The notes under the pieces: generated by a model | Told to the model about the DNA's origin: nothing | Seen by the model: the letters and a program-made list of their open reading frames with translations, nothing else | Database searches by the model: none | Part shown: positions 53,008 through 63,546 of the stretch, one piece after another | How the letters are laid out: each line of letters begins with the position of its first letter | Numbering within the stretch: position 1 is the stretch's first letter | DNA from: an uncultured Lachnospiraceae bacterium | Lineage (GTDB): Bacteria; Bacillota; Clostridia; Lachnospirales; Lachnospiraceae | Direction of reading: 5' to 3' | DNA: 64,000 bases | NCBI GenBank assembly: GCA_902802515.1 | Contig: CADCMM010000007.1 | Location: 33,954 to 97,953 of the forward strand | Position numbers and translations under genes: made by a program

Positions 53008-56000
53008 TCACGCGAAGTCAAACAAAGACAACTGGTTTGATTCCGGCAGATCTTTTAAAATGCCAAGATCCCCCAAAAGATCAATAACCGTCTTAGTGAC
53101 TTTCGTGCGTTCCCGAAAATCATCCTTGGACAGGAACGCGCCGTCCTTTACCGCGTCCACCACAGCGTCCGCTGCCTTTCCTCCCAGACCATCAATGGTA
53201 CTCAGGGCCGGCATCAGTTTTCCGTCGATAATCTGAAAACGGCTGGCCTGAGCCTGATAGATATCAATGGGTATAAAATCATAACCTCTGGCGTACATCT
53301 CCCGCACCACTTTCATATCCTTATATTCATCCTGCTCTTTTTTGCTCAAAGTATCCATTCTTTTTTCGTAATCTTTCAGGTGCATCAGCAGGCGGTCTTC
53401 TCCCAGGCACATCAGTTCATAGTCAAAACCGGAAGCTCGGATACTGAAATAAGCCGCATAGTAGGCCAGGGGGCGGTTGATCTTAAACCAGGCGATGCGG
53501 TAGGCCATCATCACATATGCCGCTGCGTGGGCTTTCGGAAACATGTATTTGATCTTCTTGCAGGACCAGATATACCAGTCCGGCACATCATGCTTCGTCA
53601 TCTCCTCCTCCCACTCCGGCTTCAGTCCTTTTCCTTTTCGCACACTCTCCATGATGGTGAAGGACTGCTCACTGTCCAGACCTTTCTCTATTAAATAGAT
53701 CATAATATCATCCCGGGTACAGATGGCCGTGGAAATCGTGGCTTTTCCTTCCTGGATCAGCGTCTGCGCGTTGCCCAGCCATACATCCGTACCATGGGCC
53801 AGTCCGGCAATGCGGACCAGATCGGAAAAATACTGGGGTTTCGTATCCACCAGCATCTGAATGGCGAATTCCGTGCCAAACTCCGGAATTCCAAGAGAAC
53901 CTAACGGGCATCCGCCGATCTGATCCGGTGTGATCCCTAACGCGTCCGTTTTTTGAAACAGAGACATGACCTCCCGGTCATCCAGCGGGATCTTTTTTGC
54001 ATCTACTCCGGTAAGATCCTCCAGCATACGGATCATCGTGGGATCATCGTGTCCCAGAATATCCAGCTTCAATAAGTTGTGATCAATGGAATGGTAATCA
54101 AAATGGGTGGTGATGATGTCCGTGGTCACATCGTTGGCCGGGTGCTGCACCGGAGTAAAGGAATATATTTCTTCTCCATAGGGAAGTACAATAATGCCTC
54201 CGGGATGCTGTCCGGTAGTCCGTCTCACCCCGGTACATCCGGAAACGATCCGGTTGATCTCACAGGCGCGCTTATGTACACCCCTCTCTTCGTAGTAGTT
54301 TTTCACATAACCAAACGCCGTCTTATCCGCCAGTGTGCCTATAGTACCAGCCCGGAATGTCTGACCGGCGCCAAAGATCACTTCCGTATATTTATGCGCT
54401 TTACTCTGATATTCTCCCGAAAAGTTCAGGTCAATATCCGGTTCCTTGTTTCCTTTAAATCCAAGAAATGTCTCAAACGGGATATCATACCCGTCCTTTT
54501 TCAGCGGTTCCCCGCACACCGGACAGGTTTTATCCGGCATATCGCACCCCGCCATACCGTCAAATTTCCGTACCTCAGGAGAGGAAAAATCGCTGTAATG
54601 GCACTTCTCACAGTAATAATGGGGGTGCAGCGGATTCACCTCCGTGATCCCCGCCATAGTTGCCACAAAAGAGGATCCCACAGAACCTCTGGATCCCACC
54701 AGATAGCCATCCGCATTGGATTTCCAGACCAGCTTCTGGGCGATGATATACATCACGGCAAAACCATTGGAAATGATGGAATTCAATTCCCTCTGCAGCC
54801 GCTCCTCCACGATTTCCGGAAGATTTTCTCCGTATAGCTCATGCGCCCGGTTGTAGCAGATATCTGTCAGCAGCTGGTCGGAATTCTCTATCACCGGAGG
54901 GCATTTATCCGGCCGCACCGGGGAAATCTTCTCGCACATTTTCGCGATCTTTACCGTGTTGGTGATAACCACTTCCCTTGCCTTCTCTTCCCCCAGATAC
55001 TCGAACTCCTTCAGCATCTCTTCCGTGGTGCGAAGATATAGCGGCGCCTGATCATCCGCGTCCTTAAAACCCTTTCCGGTCATGATAATGCGGCGATAGA
55101 TCTCGTCCTCCGGATTCAGAAAATGAACATCACAAGTAGCCACCACGGGCTTATTATACTGTTCTCCGAGGCGCACTATTTTTTGGTTATATTCTTTCAG
55201 TTCTTCCACCATCTTTGGCTCGTCATAAGTGTCCCTGGTCATGAACATATTGTTGCCAAGAGGCTGGATCTCCAGATAATCATAAAAATTTACCAGTCTG
55301 GCCAGTTCCTGCTCCGGAGCACCCCGGATGATGGCCTGATACAACTCCCCCGCCTCACAGGCGGAACCCAGGATCAGCCCCTCCCGGTATTTTTGCAATA
55401 CACTCTTTGGAACACGCGGCCGACGGTTATAATACTGTAAATGAGACCAGGACACCAGGCGGTAAAGATTCACCCTTCCAATGTCATTGGACGCCAGCAG
55501 GATAGCATGGTAAGTCGGGAGCTTTTTGATCTGATCCGCGGAGGATTTCCCGAGTTCGTTGACCTGATCCAGGTTATCAATATCCCGCTCCCGAAGCATG
55601 TTGATAAACTTTTCAAAAATCTCCGCAGTGCAGCCGGCGTCATCCACGGCACGATGATGATTCTGCAAAGAGACGCCCAGAGCCTTTGCCACTGTATCCA
55701 ATTTAAAACGGTTCAGGGCAGGAAGCAGGACACGGGCCAGCCCAACCGTATCCACGGCAGTAAATTCCTTTTCTATTCCCAGTCTGCGGCAGTTTTCCTC
55801 AATGAAACTCATATCAAAAGAGGCGTTGTGCGCCACCAGCACCGCGCCGGCGCAAAACTCCAGAAACTGTGGCAGGATTACATCAATTTTGGGGGAATCC
55901 ATCACCATACTGTCATTGATACCGGTGAGCTGTTCAATACGGTAGGGAATCGGTACATCCGGGTTGACAAAGGTACTGAACCTCTCGGTGATCTTCCCCT

Positions 56001-57564
56001 TCTGTACCTTAACAGCGCCAATCTCAATAATCCGGTTCTGAATGGGACTAAAACCAGTAGTCTCCAGGTCGAACACTACAAAATCATCATCCAGTTTCTG
56101 GCCTTTGGACCCCACCGCCAATTCTTTCAGATCATCCACCAGGTAGGCTTCCATTCCATAAATAACTTTAAAATCGGAGCCCTTTGGTATCGCGTGGTTG
56201 GCATCGGGAAATGCCTGAACCGCGCCGTGGTCCGTAATAGCAATGGCCTGATGTCCCCATTTCATGGCGCAGTCTATGATATCTTTCACATCAGACACGC
56301 CGTCCATATCACTCATTTTTGTATGACAATGAAGCTCTACCCGCCTTTCCGGCCAGGTGTCCATCCGATGTTTTCGGAAATCGGCAATTTTCTTGATGCC
56401 CTGCACGCTTTGGATGGTAAGCTGACTGTCAAAACGGTCAATGGTGGTAACGCCCCGGACTTTGACAAACATTCCCTTTTTTATCGCAGAATTGATCTCC
56501 TCCATCTGATCATTTCGCGCAAACATTTTCACTACGATCGTGTCGGTGAAATCCGTCAGTTCCATCATGACGATGGTCTTTTCCCCGCGGATCTCTCTGG
56601 CTTCCAGGTTCTGGATCAGCCCGCGCACCGTGACCTCACCCATCTCACCGGTGATCTGTTCCAGCGGGATGGCATCCTCCTCAAAATCACGTCCTATCAG
56701 AACATCAGGGTTGTCTGAACGTTTGACTGAAGCGCCGTAGCGGCCCTCGCTGCGTCTTCGATAACTGCTGTTTCCGCGGTCACGAAGATTTCCGGAAGCT
56801 GCCTTGCCAAACCCATTTCCCACCGCGGACATACTGCCCTCTTTCCGTTTTTCCACAGGATCGTCAAAATCCAATGTCTTTCCCGCTTCCCTGGAATTTC
56901 CGCCGTTCCCGCCGAAAGTCTTTCCCTTGACAAAGTTCGGCACTTCCAGGAATTCATCCCCATCGCCCGCCGGCTCTTTGTTTTTCTGCAGCCGTTTGCT
57001 GATTTCCTCTACTTCCTGCTGCAATCGGATCTCATTGAATCTGCGGTTCTGGCTCTCTTTTGCCTCCCGAAGCCGGGCTTCGATCTTCAAATTCTGTCCG
57101 CATCGCTGGCAGAATATTTTCTCCAAAATCGCCAGAAGCTCCTCTTCCTTTCCCTTGGCCAGTACACTGTCCTCCATAATAAGCCGCAAAGTGTCCGCCC
57201 CGGAGAACTCACACTTTGCCCCCCGGAACAGATTGAAAAGAAAGTGATTGTAATTCTTCAGTTCCAATAAAATGCTGTCCCTGTAGATCGGCATCAGCTT
57301 TTCAGCCGTATACTGCCCGGACAAGTGAAATTTTTCAATTATTTTCACTGTCATTGGCGCACGAAAATGAAGCTGATCCAAAATGGCCTGCTCTGTTTCA
57401 AAAATATATTTTTTGTGTATTAGCACATCGCTTTCCAGATAAATACGCATCAGGTCTTTCCGGGAGTTCATGGTGACGCGGGCAATCGACGCCTGCTTCA
57501 TCAATTCTGTGGTATCCTCATTCAAGGACAACTCCGGAAAGACCTCAAAAAATGCTTTTTGCAT
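53008..57564 (-). CDS. polC: DNA polymerase III PolC-type
   Basis: The ATG at 57564 follows GGAG by 5 nt. The protein has PHP, exonuclease (FDLETTG) and polymerase core domains. Confidence 0.95.
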   Translation of the reverse strand: MQKAFFEVFPELSLNEDTTELMKQASIARVTMNSRKDLMRIYLESDVLIHKKYIFETEQAILDQLHFRAPMTVKIIEKFHLSGQYTAEKLMPIYRDSILLELKNYNHFLFNLFRGAKCEFSGADTLRLIMEDSVLAKGKEEELLAILEKIFCQRCGQNLKIEARLREAKESQNRRFNEIRLQQEVEEISKRLQKNKEPAGDGDEFLEVPNFVKGKTFGGNGGNSREAGKTLDFDDPVEKRKEGSMSAVGNGFGKAASGNLRDRGNSSYRRRSEGRYGASVKRSDNPDVLIGRDFEEDAIPLEQITGEMGEVTVRGLIQNLEAREIRGEKTIVMMELTDFTDTIVVKMFARNDQMEEINSAIKKGMFVKVRGVTTIDRFDSQLTIQSVQGIKKIADFRKHRMDTWPERRVELHCHTKMSDMDGVSDVKDIIDCAMKWGHQAIAITDHGAVQAFPDANHAIPKGSDFKVIYGMEAYLVDDLKELAVGSKGQKLDDDFVVFDLETTGFSPIQNRIIEIGAVKVQKGKITERFSTFVNPDVPIPYRIEQLTGINDSMVMDSPKIDVILPQFLEFCAGAVLVAHNASFDMSFIEENCRRLGIEKEFTAVDTVGLARVLLPALNRFKLDTVAKALGVSLQNHHRAVDDAGCTAEIFEKFINMLRERDIDNLDQVNELGKSSADQIKKLPTYHAILLASNDIGRVNLYRLVSWSHLQYYNRRPRVPKSVLQKYREGLILGSACEAGELYQAIIRGAPEQELARLVNFYDYLEIQPLGNNMFMTRDTYDEPKMVEELKEYNQKIVRLGEQYNKPVVATCDVHFLNPEDEIYRRIIMTGKGFKDADDQAPLYLRTTEEMLKEFEYLGEEKAREVVITNTVKIAKMCEKISPVRPDKCPPVIENSDQLLTDICYNRAHELYGENLPEIVEERLQRELNSIISNGFAVMYIIAQKLVWKSNADGYLVGSRGSVGSSFVATMAGITEVNPLHPHYYCEKCHYSDFSSPEVRKFDGMAGCDMPDKTCPVCGEPLKKDGYDIPFETFLGFKGNKEPDIDLNFSGEYQSKAHKYTEVIFGAGQTFRAGTIGTLADKTAFGYVKNYYEERGVHKRACEINRIVSGCTGVRRTTGQHPGGIIVLPYGEEIYSFTPVQHPANDVTTDIITTHFDYHSIDHNLLKLDILGHDDPTMIRMLEDLTGVDAKKIPLDDREVMSLFQKTDALGITPDQIGGCPLGSLGIPEFGTEFAIQMLVDTKPQYFSDLVRIAGLAHGTDVWLGNAQTLIQEGKATISTAICTRDDIMIYLIEKGLDSEQSFTIMESVRKGKGLKPEWEEEMTKHDVPDWYIWSCKKIKYMFPKAHAAAYVMMAYRIAWFKINRPLAYYAAYFSIRASGFDYELMCLGEDRLLMHLKDYEKRMDTLSKKEQDEYKDMKVVREMYARGYDFIPIDIYQAQASRFQIIDGKLMPALSTIDGLGGKAADAVVDAVKDGAFLSKDDFRERTKVTKTVIDLLGDLGILKDLPESNQLSLFDFA

Positions 57565-57566
57565 GA

Positions 57567-58631
57567 TCACTCACTCCAGTTTAACAGTTCCTCCCTCAGG
57601 GCGGACAGCAGTTGATCCTCCGGTACTTTCCGGATTACCTGCCCCTTTTTGATCAGAAGTCCCTCTCCGATCCCCCCCGCAATCCCAAGATCAGCCTCCT
57701 TGGCCTCCCCGGGCCCGTTCACCACGCAGCCCATCACGGCCACTTTGAGGCTCAGCGGTATGTCCGCCACCATATTTTCCACCTGGTTCGCCAGGCTGAT
57801 CAGATCGATCTGGGTTCTGCCGCAGGTGGGGCAGGAAACGACTTCAATCCCACCGGTGCGCAGTCCCAGTGTGCGCAGGATCAGTTTCGCTGATTTGATC
57901 TCTTCCTGCGGGTCGCCGGTGAGGGAAACCCGAATGGTATCCCCGATCCCCTGAGACAGGATCAGTCCCAGTCCTATTGCCGATTTGATATTGCCGGACA
58001 GCAGTGTCCCGGCTTCCGTAATGCCTACATGCAAAGGATAGACGGTCTTCTTTGCGATCAGTTCATGGGCTCTTGCGCACATCATGACGTCCGAGGATTT
58101 AATGCTGATGACCAGTTGATCATATCCCATATCTTCGATCATGCCCGCCTTTTCCAGCGCGCTTTCCACCAGACCTTCCGCCGTCACTCCGTGGTATTTC
58201 TCTACCAGGTTTTTCTCCAGGGAACCACTGTTGACCCCCACCCGGATCGGAATCTTCCGCTCTTTCGCCGCGTCCACCACAGCCTTTACCCGCTCAGCGT
58301 TTCCGATATTGCCCGGATTGATCCGGATCTTATCCGCTCCGTTCTCGATGGCCGCCAGAGCCAGCTTATAATCAAAATGGATATCCGCTACCAGCGGAAT
58401 GGAAATCTCTTTCTTTATCTCCTTTAATGCCCTGGCTGCCTCCATCGTCGGAACCGCGCAGCGGATGATCTCGCATCCGGCCGCCGTCAGTTTCCGGATC
58501 TGCTGTGCCGTAGCCCTTACGTCTTCAGTCTTTGTGTTTGTCATAGATTGGATCAGGATCGGATTCCCGCCGCCGATCACGCGGTCACCGATCTGAATGA
58601 TCTTCGTTTTATCGCGGTACATATTTTCCAA
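57567..58631 (-). CDS. ispG: 4-hydroxy-3-methylbut-2-en-1-yl diphosphate synthase
   Basis: 354 aa. It has the typical IspG N-terminal TIM-barrel region and the C-terminal CPTCGR/GCVVNGPGE Fe-S motifs. Confidence 0.95.
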   Translation of the reverse strand: MENMYRDKTKIIQIGDRVIGGGNPILIQSMTNTKTEDVRATAQQIRKLTAAGCEIIRCAVPTMEAARALKEIKKEISIPLVADIHFDYKLALAAIENGADKIRINPGNIGNAERVKAVVDAAKERKIPIRVGVNSGSLEKNLVEKYHGVTAEGLVESALEKAGMIEDMGYDQLVISIKSSDVMMCARAHELIAKKTVYPLHVGITEAGTLLSGNIKSAIGLGLILSQGIGDTIRVSLTGDPQEEIKSAKLILRTLGLRTGGIEVVSCPTCGRTQIDLISLANQVENMVADIPLSLKVAVMGCVVNGPGEAKEADLGIAGGIGEGLLIKKGQVIRKVPEDQLLSALREELLNWSE

Positions 58632-58637
58632 CCTCCG

Positions 58638-60776
58638 TTATGATATTTCTTCCTCCACCGGCTCCGCAGGAATGAATACCCTGGTTTCTTTTGGATCTTC
58701 CGGTTTCTTTGCCCTCTGCACGGCCTCCTGACAGAAATAGTCCTGGGCACACAGCAATACCTTGCCGCGCTTGTCAATTTTCTCATAAGTATTGTCCGCT
58801 GTCAGTTCATGGGCTTTCAGCGTATCTGCCAGCTGAATATCCAGAATATGCCTTACTTCCTCTTGAATCTCTTTATCCTCCACCGGGAACAGGATCTCCA
58901 CCCGCTTATCCAGGTTTCTTGGCATCCAGTCCGCGCTGCCCATATACAGTTCTTCCTCTCCGCCATTCTGGAAATAGAAGATGCGGCTGTGTTCCAGGAA
59001 TGTCCCGACAATAGATCTCACAGAAATATTTTCACTGACCTTGGGAATCCCCACTCTCAGACAGCAGATGCCCCGGACGATCAGGTCGATCTTCACTCCG
59101 GCAGCAGACGCCTCATAGAGTGCCGCAATGATTTCCTGGTCGCAGAGAGAATTCATCTTGGCGATGATCCTGGCGGGACGTCCCTCTCTGGCATGATCCG
59201 CTTCGCGCCTTATCAGATTCAGGAATTTCCCCCTCAGCCAGATGGGAGCCAGCGCCAGACGGTTCCACGTTTTTGGTTCGGAATAACCGGAGAGCATATT
59301 AAAGACAGCGGTGGCGTCCTCCCCAATCGCCTCGGAACAGGTCATAATACCGCAGTCCGTGTACAGCTTTGCCGTAGTATCATTGTAATTACCTGTACCC
59401 AAATGCACATATCTGCGGATACCGTCCTCTTCTCTTCGCACCACCAGCGTGATCTTGCTGTGCGTTTTTAATCCCACCAGACCGTAAATGACATGGCATC
59501 CTGCCTTCTCCAGCATCTTTGCCCAGATAATATTGTTTTCCTCATCAAAACGGGCCTTCAGTTCCACCAGCACGGACACCTGTTTTCCGTTTTCCGCTGC
59601 CAAAGCCAGCGCCGCCACGATAGGCGAATGACCGCTGACACGATAGAGCGTCTGCTTGATGGCCAGCACCTGAGGATCTCTGGCTGCCTTTCGGATAAAA
59701 TCCACCACCGGGTCAAACGTCATATAGGGATGATGCAGAAGAATATCTTTCTTCTTGATCGCCTCAAAAATATCCGGTTCCTCTGACAGAGCCGGTACCG
59801 GCTGCGGCGCATAGGGCGGCGTCTTCAGGTGGTCAAACCCCTCCAGACCGTACATTTTCATTAAAAAGGTAAGATCCAAAGGACCGCTGATGGGATAAAT
59901 ATCATCCGCTTTTACAGCAAACTCTTTCTTCAGAACCTTTAACAGCTTCTCGTCCATCTTATCCTCGATCTCCAGACGGATGACTTCTCCCCACTGTCGT
60001 TTTTTTAACTGTTTCTGAATCTCTTTCAGCAGATCTTCCGCCTCGTCCTCATCAATGGTAAGATCTGCATTGCGCATGATGCGGTAGGGATGGACGCATA
60101 CAACATCGCAGTTTAAAAACAGCTTGTCAATGTTGGCCTCAATGATTTCTTCCAGCAAAATGCCGAACCGATGTCCGTCCTCCCCCGCAGGAAGTTCGAT
60201 CACCCTTGGCAGCACAGCAGGAACCTGCACCGTGGCAAATTCCGCCTTGCTTTTCTCCCCCTTTTTGGAGATCAAAGCCCCAATATTCAGGGATTTATTG
60301 CGGATCAGCGGGAACGGTCTTGAAGAATCCATTGCCATAGGCGTCAATACCGGATAAATGTTCTCCTCAAAGTATTGATCCAGAAACTCCCTCTGAGACG
60401 CTGTCAAATCTTCGTGGGCCATCACAAGATCCAATCCGTTCTGTTTCAGGGCCGGGACCAGCGATCTGTTGTATGTGGAATATTGACGCTGAACCAGATA
60501 ATGCGCCTTCTCCTGGATCAAGGCCAGCTGTGCCTCCGGCTTTAGCCCTGCAATATCCGGTTTGGTATATTTCGCATGAACCATATCCTTTAAGGAGGCT
60601 ACACGGATCATAAAAAATTCATCCAGATTAGACGCAGTAATGCTCAGAAATTTAATTCGCTCAAACAGAGGATTCTTCTTGTCCCTGGCTTCCCCCAGGA
60701 TGCGCATATTAAAATCCAGCCAGCTGAGTTCCCGGTTGGTGTAATATTCCGGTTTTATGTAGTCGATTGCTGCCAT
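58638..60776 (-). CDS. ppk1: Polyphosphate kinase 1
   Basis: 712 aa with NRELSWLDFN at the N-terminus and two PLD-like HK motifs (...KTHSKITLV). Confidence 0.95.
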   Translation of the reverse strand: MAAIDYIKPEYYTNRELSWLDFNMRILGEARDKKNPLFERIKFLSITASNLDEFFMIRVASLKDMVHAKYTKPDIAGLKPEAQLALIQEKAHYLVQRQYSTYNRSLVPALKQNGLDLVMAHEDLTASQREFLDQYFEENIYPVLTPMAMDSSRPFPLIRNKSLNIGALISKKGEKSKAEFATVQVPAVLPRVIELPAGEDGHRFGILLEEIIEANIDKLFLNCDVVCVHPYRIMRNADLTIDEDEAEDLLKEIQKQLKKRQWGEVIRLEIEDKMDEKLLKVLKKEFAVKADDIYPISGPLDLTFLMKMYGLEGFDHLKTPPYAPQPVPALSEEPDIFEAIKKKDILLHHPYMTFDPVVDFIRKAARDPQVLAIKQTLYRVSGHSPIVAALALAAENGKQVSVLVELKARFDEENNIIWAKMLEKAGCHVIYGLVGLKTHSKITLVVRREEDGIRRYVHLGTGNYNDTTAKLYTDCGIMTCSEAIGEDATAVFNMLSGYSEPKTWNRLALAPIWLRGKFLNLIRREADHAREGRPARIIAKMNSLCDQEIIAALYEASAAGVKIDLIVRGICCLRVGIPKVSENISVRSIVGTFLEHSRIFYFQNGGEEELYMGSADWMPRNLDKRVEILFPVEDKEIQEEVRHILDIQLADTLKAHELTADNTYEKIDKRGKVLLCAQDYFCQEAVQRAKKPEDPKETRVFIPAEPVEEEIS

Positions 60777-60802
60777 TTCATCCCCCTCCTCTTATGCTTA
60801 CC

Positions 60803-62347
60803 CTACATCTTTTTCTTTTGTCTGATTTTGGGGTGCACATTGAATACTTCTTCAAAAAACTCTGACTTTTCTTCCAGTGTTCCCTTCTCCAGCGTCAGAT
60901 CATCCTGGCTGTTCACCGATATGATCAGTTCACCATCCCGCAGTGCAATAGATGCATTCTTAAATTTTTGCTTGTGGGAACGATCCAGAGCGTTTGCTAC
61001 ACGCACCATAGCAGTGAGTTTCGCGATCACCAGGTATTCCTTACGGCTGATGCTGCTTCCAAGCGCCAATTTATCATAATAGGAAAAGTCCATGGTGTTA
61101 AATTTTACAACATTAGCCACGATCTGGCGCTCAGCCAGGGATAATCCAATAATGTCTGTCGCCATGATAATATTGTAGGCGCACTCCGCAACGTTTGTAA
61201 GACTGATAAATTTACCACAATTATGTAGAATCACGGAGATCTGCAGCAGCAGCCGTTCCCGCTGCCCCAGGCCGTGGATCTTCTTCATTTTATCAAAAAT
61301 CTGAAGAGTGATCTCCTCCATGTTTTTGATGTGGGCCTGATTGCTCTTATAGCGCTTCGCTATGCTTCTGGAGGCCGCTATAATATCCTCTTCAAAGCTG
61401 TGTTTGGTCCGGATAAATTTGTTTTTTACCGCATACTCAAAACATATGCCGTCCCCCAGACTCATCTCCGGGAACCAGATCGTATCCGCTCCCATCTTAT
61501 CAAGAAGACATCTGCAAAAAATGACCGACGGCACCAGGAGGGGAGCCGTATCGGCAGATACTTCAAAACGTTCCGTAATTTCATCCGGATTCAGGCACAC
61601 GATCTGTTGATAATATCCGGCAAATTCTTCTTTGGATATGGTCAGGAGGGAGTTTGGAGCTTTTTGCTGTTTTTTAAGCAGTTCCTGTAATTGCCGGTCT
61701 ACCACGATCATATTCTTAATCTGGCGGTCTTTCTGATACAAACGGCCAAATCCGTTTAATTCATGCTCCATCAGTTCCAGAACCAGTTTTTCAAAATGAG
61801 CATTATTCCTGGCCATTGGCAGATACTGCTCCCGGGTGCTAACCTTACCCATACGGATATTTTGTGTAGTGATCAATCGATCGTTATCGAAGACCGAGAT
61901 CTGCATACTGTTTCCTCCAATGTCCACCACAGCCGTGCCGTTCTGGATAATGGTCTCAAAGGAGCTGCTTTCTGAGGCAATGGATTTGAAATCCAGAAAG
62001 CGCTGCTCAGAATTGCTCAGGATCTCTATATTCAATCCGGTCTGCTTTTCGATATAGTCCCTGGTAATCAGGCTGGAGCGGATCTCCCGCAGCGCGCTGG
62101 TGGCGCACACCCGGTAGGCGTCCACCTTGTAACCGGCCATGGTGGTCTTAAACTCTTTCAGCACAAGGCAGAGTTCTTCCACTTTTTCCACATCCAGTTT
62201 TCCCATACTGTAAGCGTCCACACCGAGGTTAAGCCGGGTGCTGATACAGTCGATCTTACGCATACCTCTGCCTTGAGAGAGTTCAAAAACCTTCATCTCC
62301 GTCTCGGTGGAACCGATCACGATCGCTGAAAATAATTTTACTGCCAT
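60803..62347 (-). CDS. ppx: Ppx/GppA phosphatase with C-terminal HD domain (exopolyphosphatase)
   Basis: The ATG at 62347 follows AGGGGGA by 5 nt. The track start is a TTG. It is adjacent to ppk1. Confidence 0.85.
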   Translation of the reverse strand: MAVKLFSAIVIGSTETEMKVFELSQGRGMRKIDCISTRLNLGVDAYSMGKLDVEKVEELCLVLKEFKTTMAGYKVDAYRVCATSALREIRSSLITRDYIEKQTGLNIEILSNSEQRFLDFKSIASESSSFETIIQNGTAVVDIGGNSMQISVFDNDRLITTQNIRMGKVSTREQYLPMARNNAHFEKLVLELMEHELNGFGRLYQKDRQIKNMIVVDRQLQELLKKQQKAPNSLLTISKEEFAGYYQQIVCLNPDEITERFEVSADTAPLLVPSVIFCRCLLDKMGADTIWFPEMSLGDGICFEYAVKNKFIRTKHSFEEDIIAASRSIAKRYKSNQAHIKNMEEITLQIFDKMKKIHGLGQRERLLLQISVILHNCGKFISLTNVAECAYNIIMATDIIGLSLAERQIVANVVKFNTMDFSYYDKLALGSSISRKEYLVIAKLTAMVRVANALDRSHKQKFKNASIALRDGELIISVNSQDDLTLEKGTLEEKSEFFEEVFNVHPKIRQKKKM

Positions 62348-62384
62348 GCATATCCCCCTAAAATATCGTGTTTTCAATCACTAA

Positions 62385-63515
62385 TTAGTAATTGCCCAGA
62401 ATTTTCATATTAATAGCTTCCTCGCGGATACCTCTCAGCGCGTTTTTTACGCTGCTGTCATTTAGATTTCCATCGAAATCTATAAAAAACCGGTATTCCC
62501 AGTTTCTCCCTGTAATAGGACGGGATTCAATGCGGTTCATATTCAGATTATTGTAAATAAAATGTGATAAAATATTGTAAAGGGAACCGCTGCGATGTGG
62601 CAGTTCGAAGCAGATGCTGATCTTCTTTGCGTCCTTGCGGAAGATCCTCTGGTTCGTGACGATCAGAAAGCGGGTGGAATTGGCCTCATTGTAATAAATG
62701 TGGTCAGCCAGTATCTCCAGTCCAAATCGCTGCGCCGCAAAAGCGCTGCCGATAGCCGCCATGGACTTATCCTGTTCCCGGGCCACTTTTTTCGCCGCCA
62801 GCGCCGTATTATCGTAGGGAACCTGATGCCAGTCCCTGTGATCGTCCAGAAATTGCTCGCACTGGGACAGCGCCTGCTGATGGGAATATACTGTTTTGAT
62901 ATCAGCAAGCTGCGTACCCGGAAGCCCCATCAATACGTGTTCACATTTAATTACTTGTTCTCCCACAATATAGTTTTCAAAGTCCACCAAAAGATCAAAA
63001 TTATCAGCCACAATACCTGCAGAAGAGTTTTCAATGGGCAGTACCGCGTAATCAGCCGCTCCCTCTGCAATAGCTTCCATAGCATCCCGGAATTTTTTTA
63101 CATGAAAGGAATTCACATCTTTTCCAAAGAACTCACACATGGCCGCATGGCTATATGCACCCTCTACCCCCTGAAATACCACGCGGATGTGATCTTTCTC
63201 AAGTTCATCCACGCCGATAAACGGAAGACGCCCGGCTACGCCGCTCTTGGCCAACAGCTGATACTGCTTTTTCCGGCTCATGGACATGATCTGCTGAAAC
63301 AGTTCCTCTATGCCGTGACGGTTAAAATCATTGTGGGCCATAGCGGTCAGCGTTTCCATCTTCGCCCGCTCTCTGTCCCGGTCAAACACCTTTTTCCCGG
63401 TGTTGATCTTATATTCCGCCACCTGCTCGCTGACCGCCATCCTCTTCTCAAACAATTCTACGATGTCACGGTCAATCTCATCAATCTCCTCCCTAAGCTC
63501 CAGTAAATCTTTCAT
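62385..63515 (-). CDS. pheA: Bifunctional chorismate mutase / prephenate dehydratase
   Basis: I prefer the ATG at 63515 (MKDLLELREEIDEIDRDIVELF, a typical chorismate-mutase N-terminus). PDT and ACT domains follow. The alternative ATG at 63587 would overlap folC. Confidence 0.85.
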   Translation of the reverse strand: MKDLLELREEIDEIDRDIVELFEKRMAVSEQVAEYKINTGKKVFDRDRERAKMETLTAMAHNDFNRHGIEELFQQIMSMSRKKQYQLLAKSGVAGRLPFIGVDELEKDHIRVVFQGVEGAYSHAAMCEFFGKDVNSFHVKKFRDAMEAIAEGAADYAVLPIENSSAGIVADNFDLLVDFENYIVGEQVIKCEHVLMGLPGTQLADIKTVYSHQQALSQCEQFLDDHRDWHQVPYDNTALAAKKVAREQDKSMAAIGSAFAAQRFGLEILADHIYYNEANSTRFLIVTNQRIFRKDAKKISICFELPHRSGSLYNILSHFIYNNLNMNRIESRPITGRNWEYRFFIDFDGNLNDSSVKNALRGIREEAINMKILGNY

Positions 63516-63546
63516 ATCTGCTTTCGTAACCTTTCTGTATGTATTC

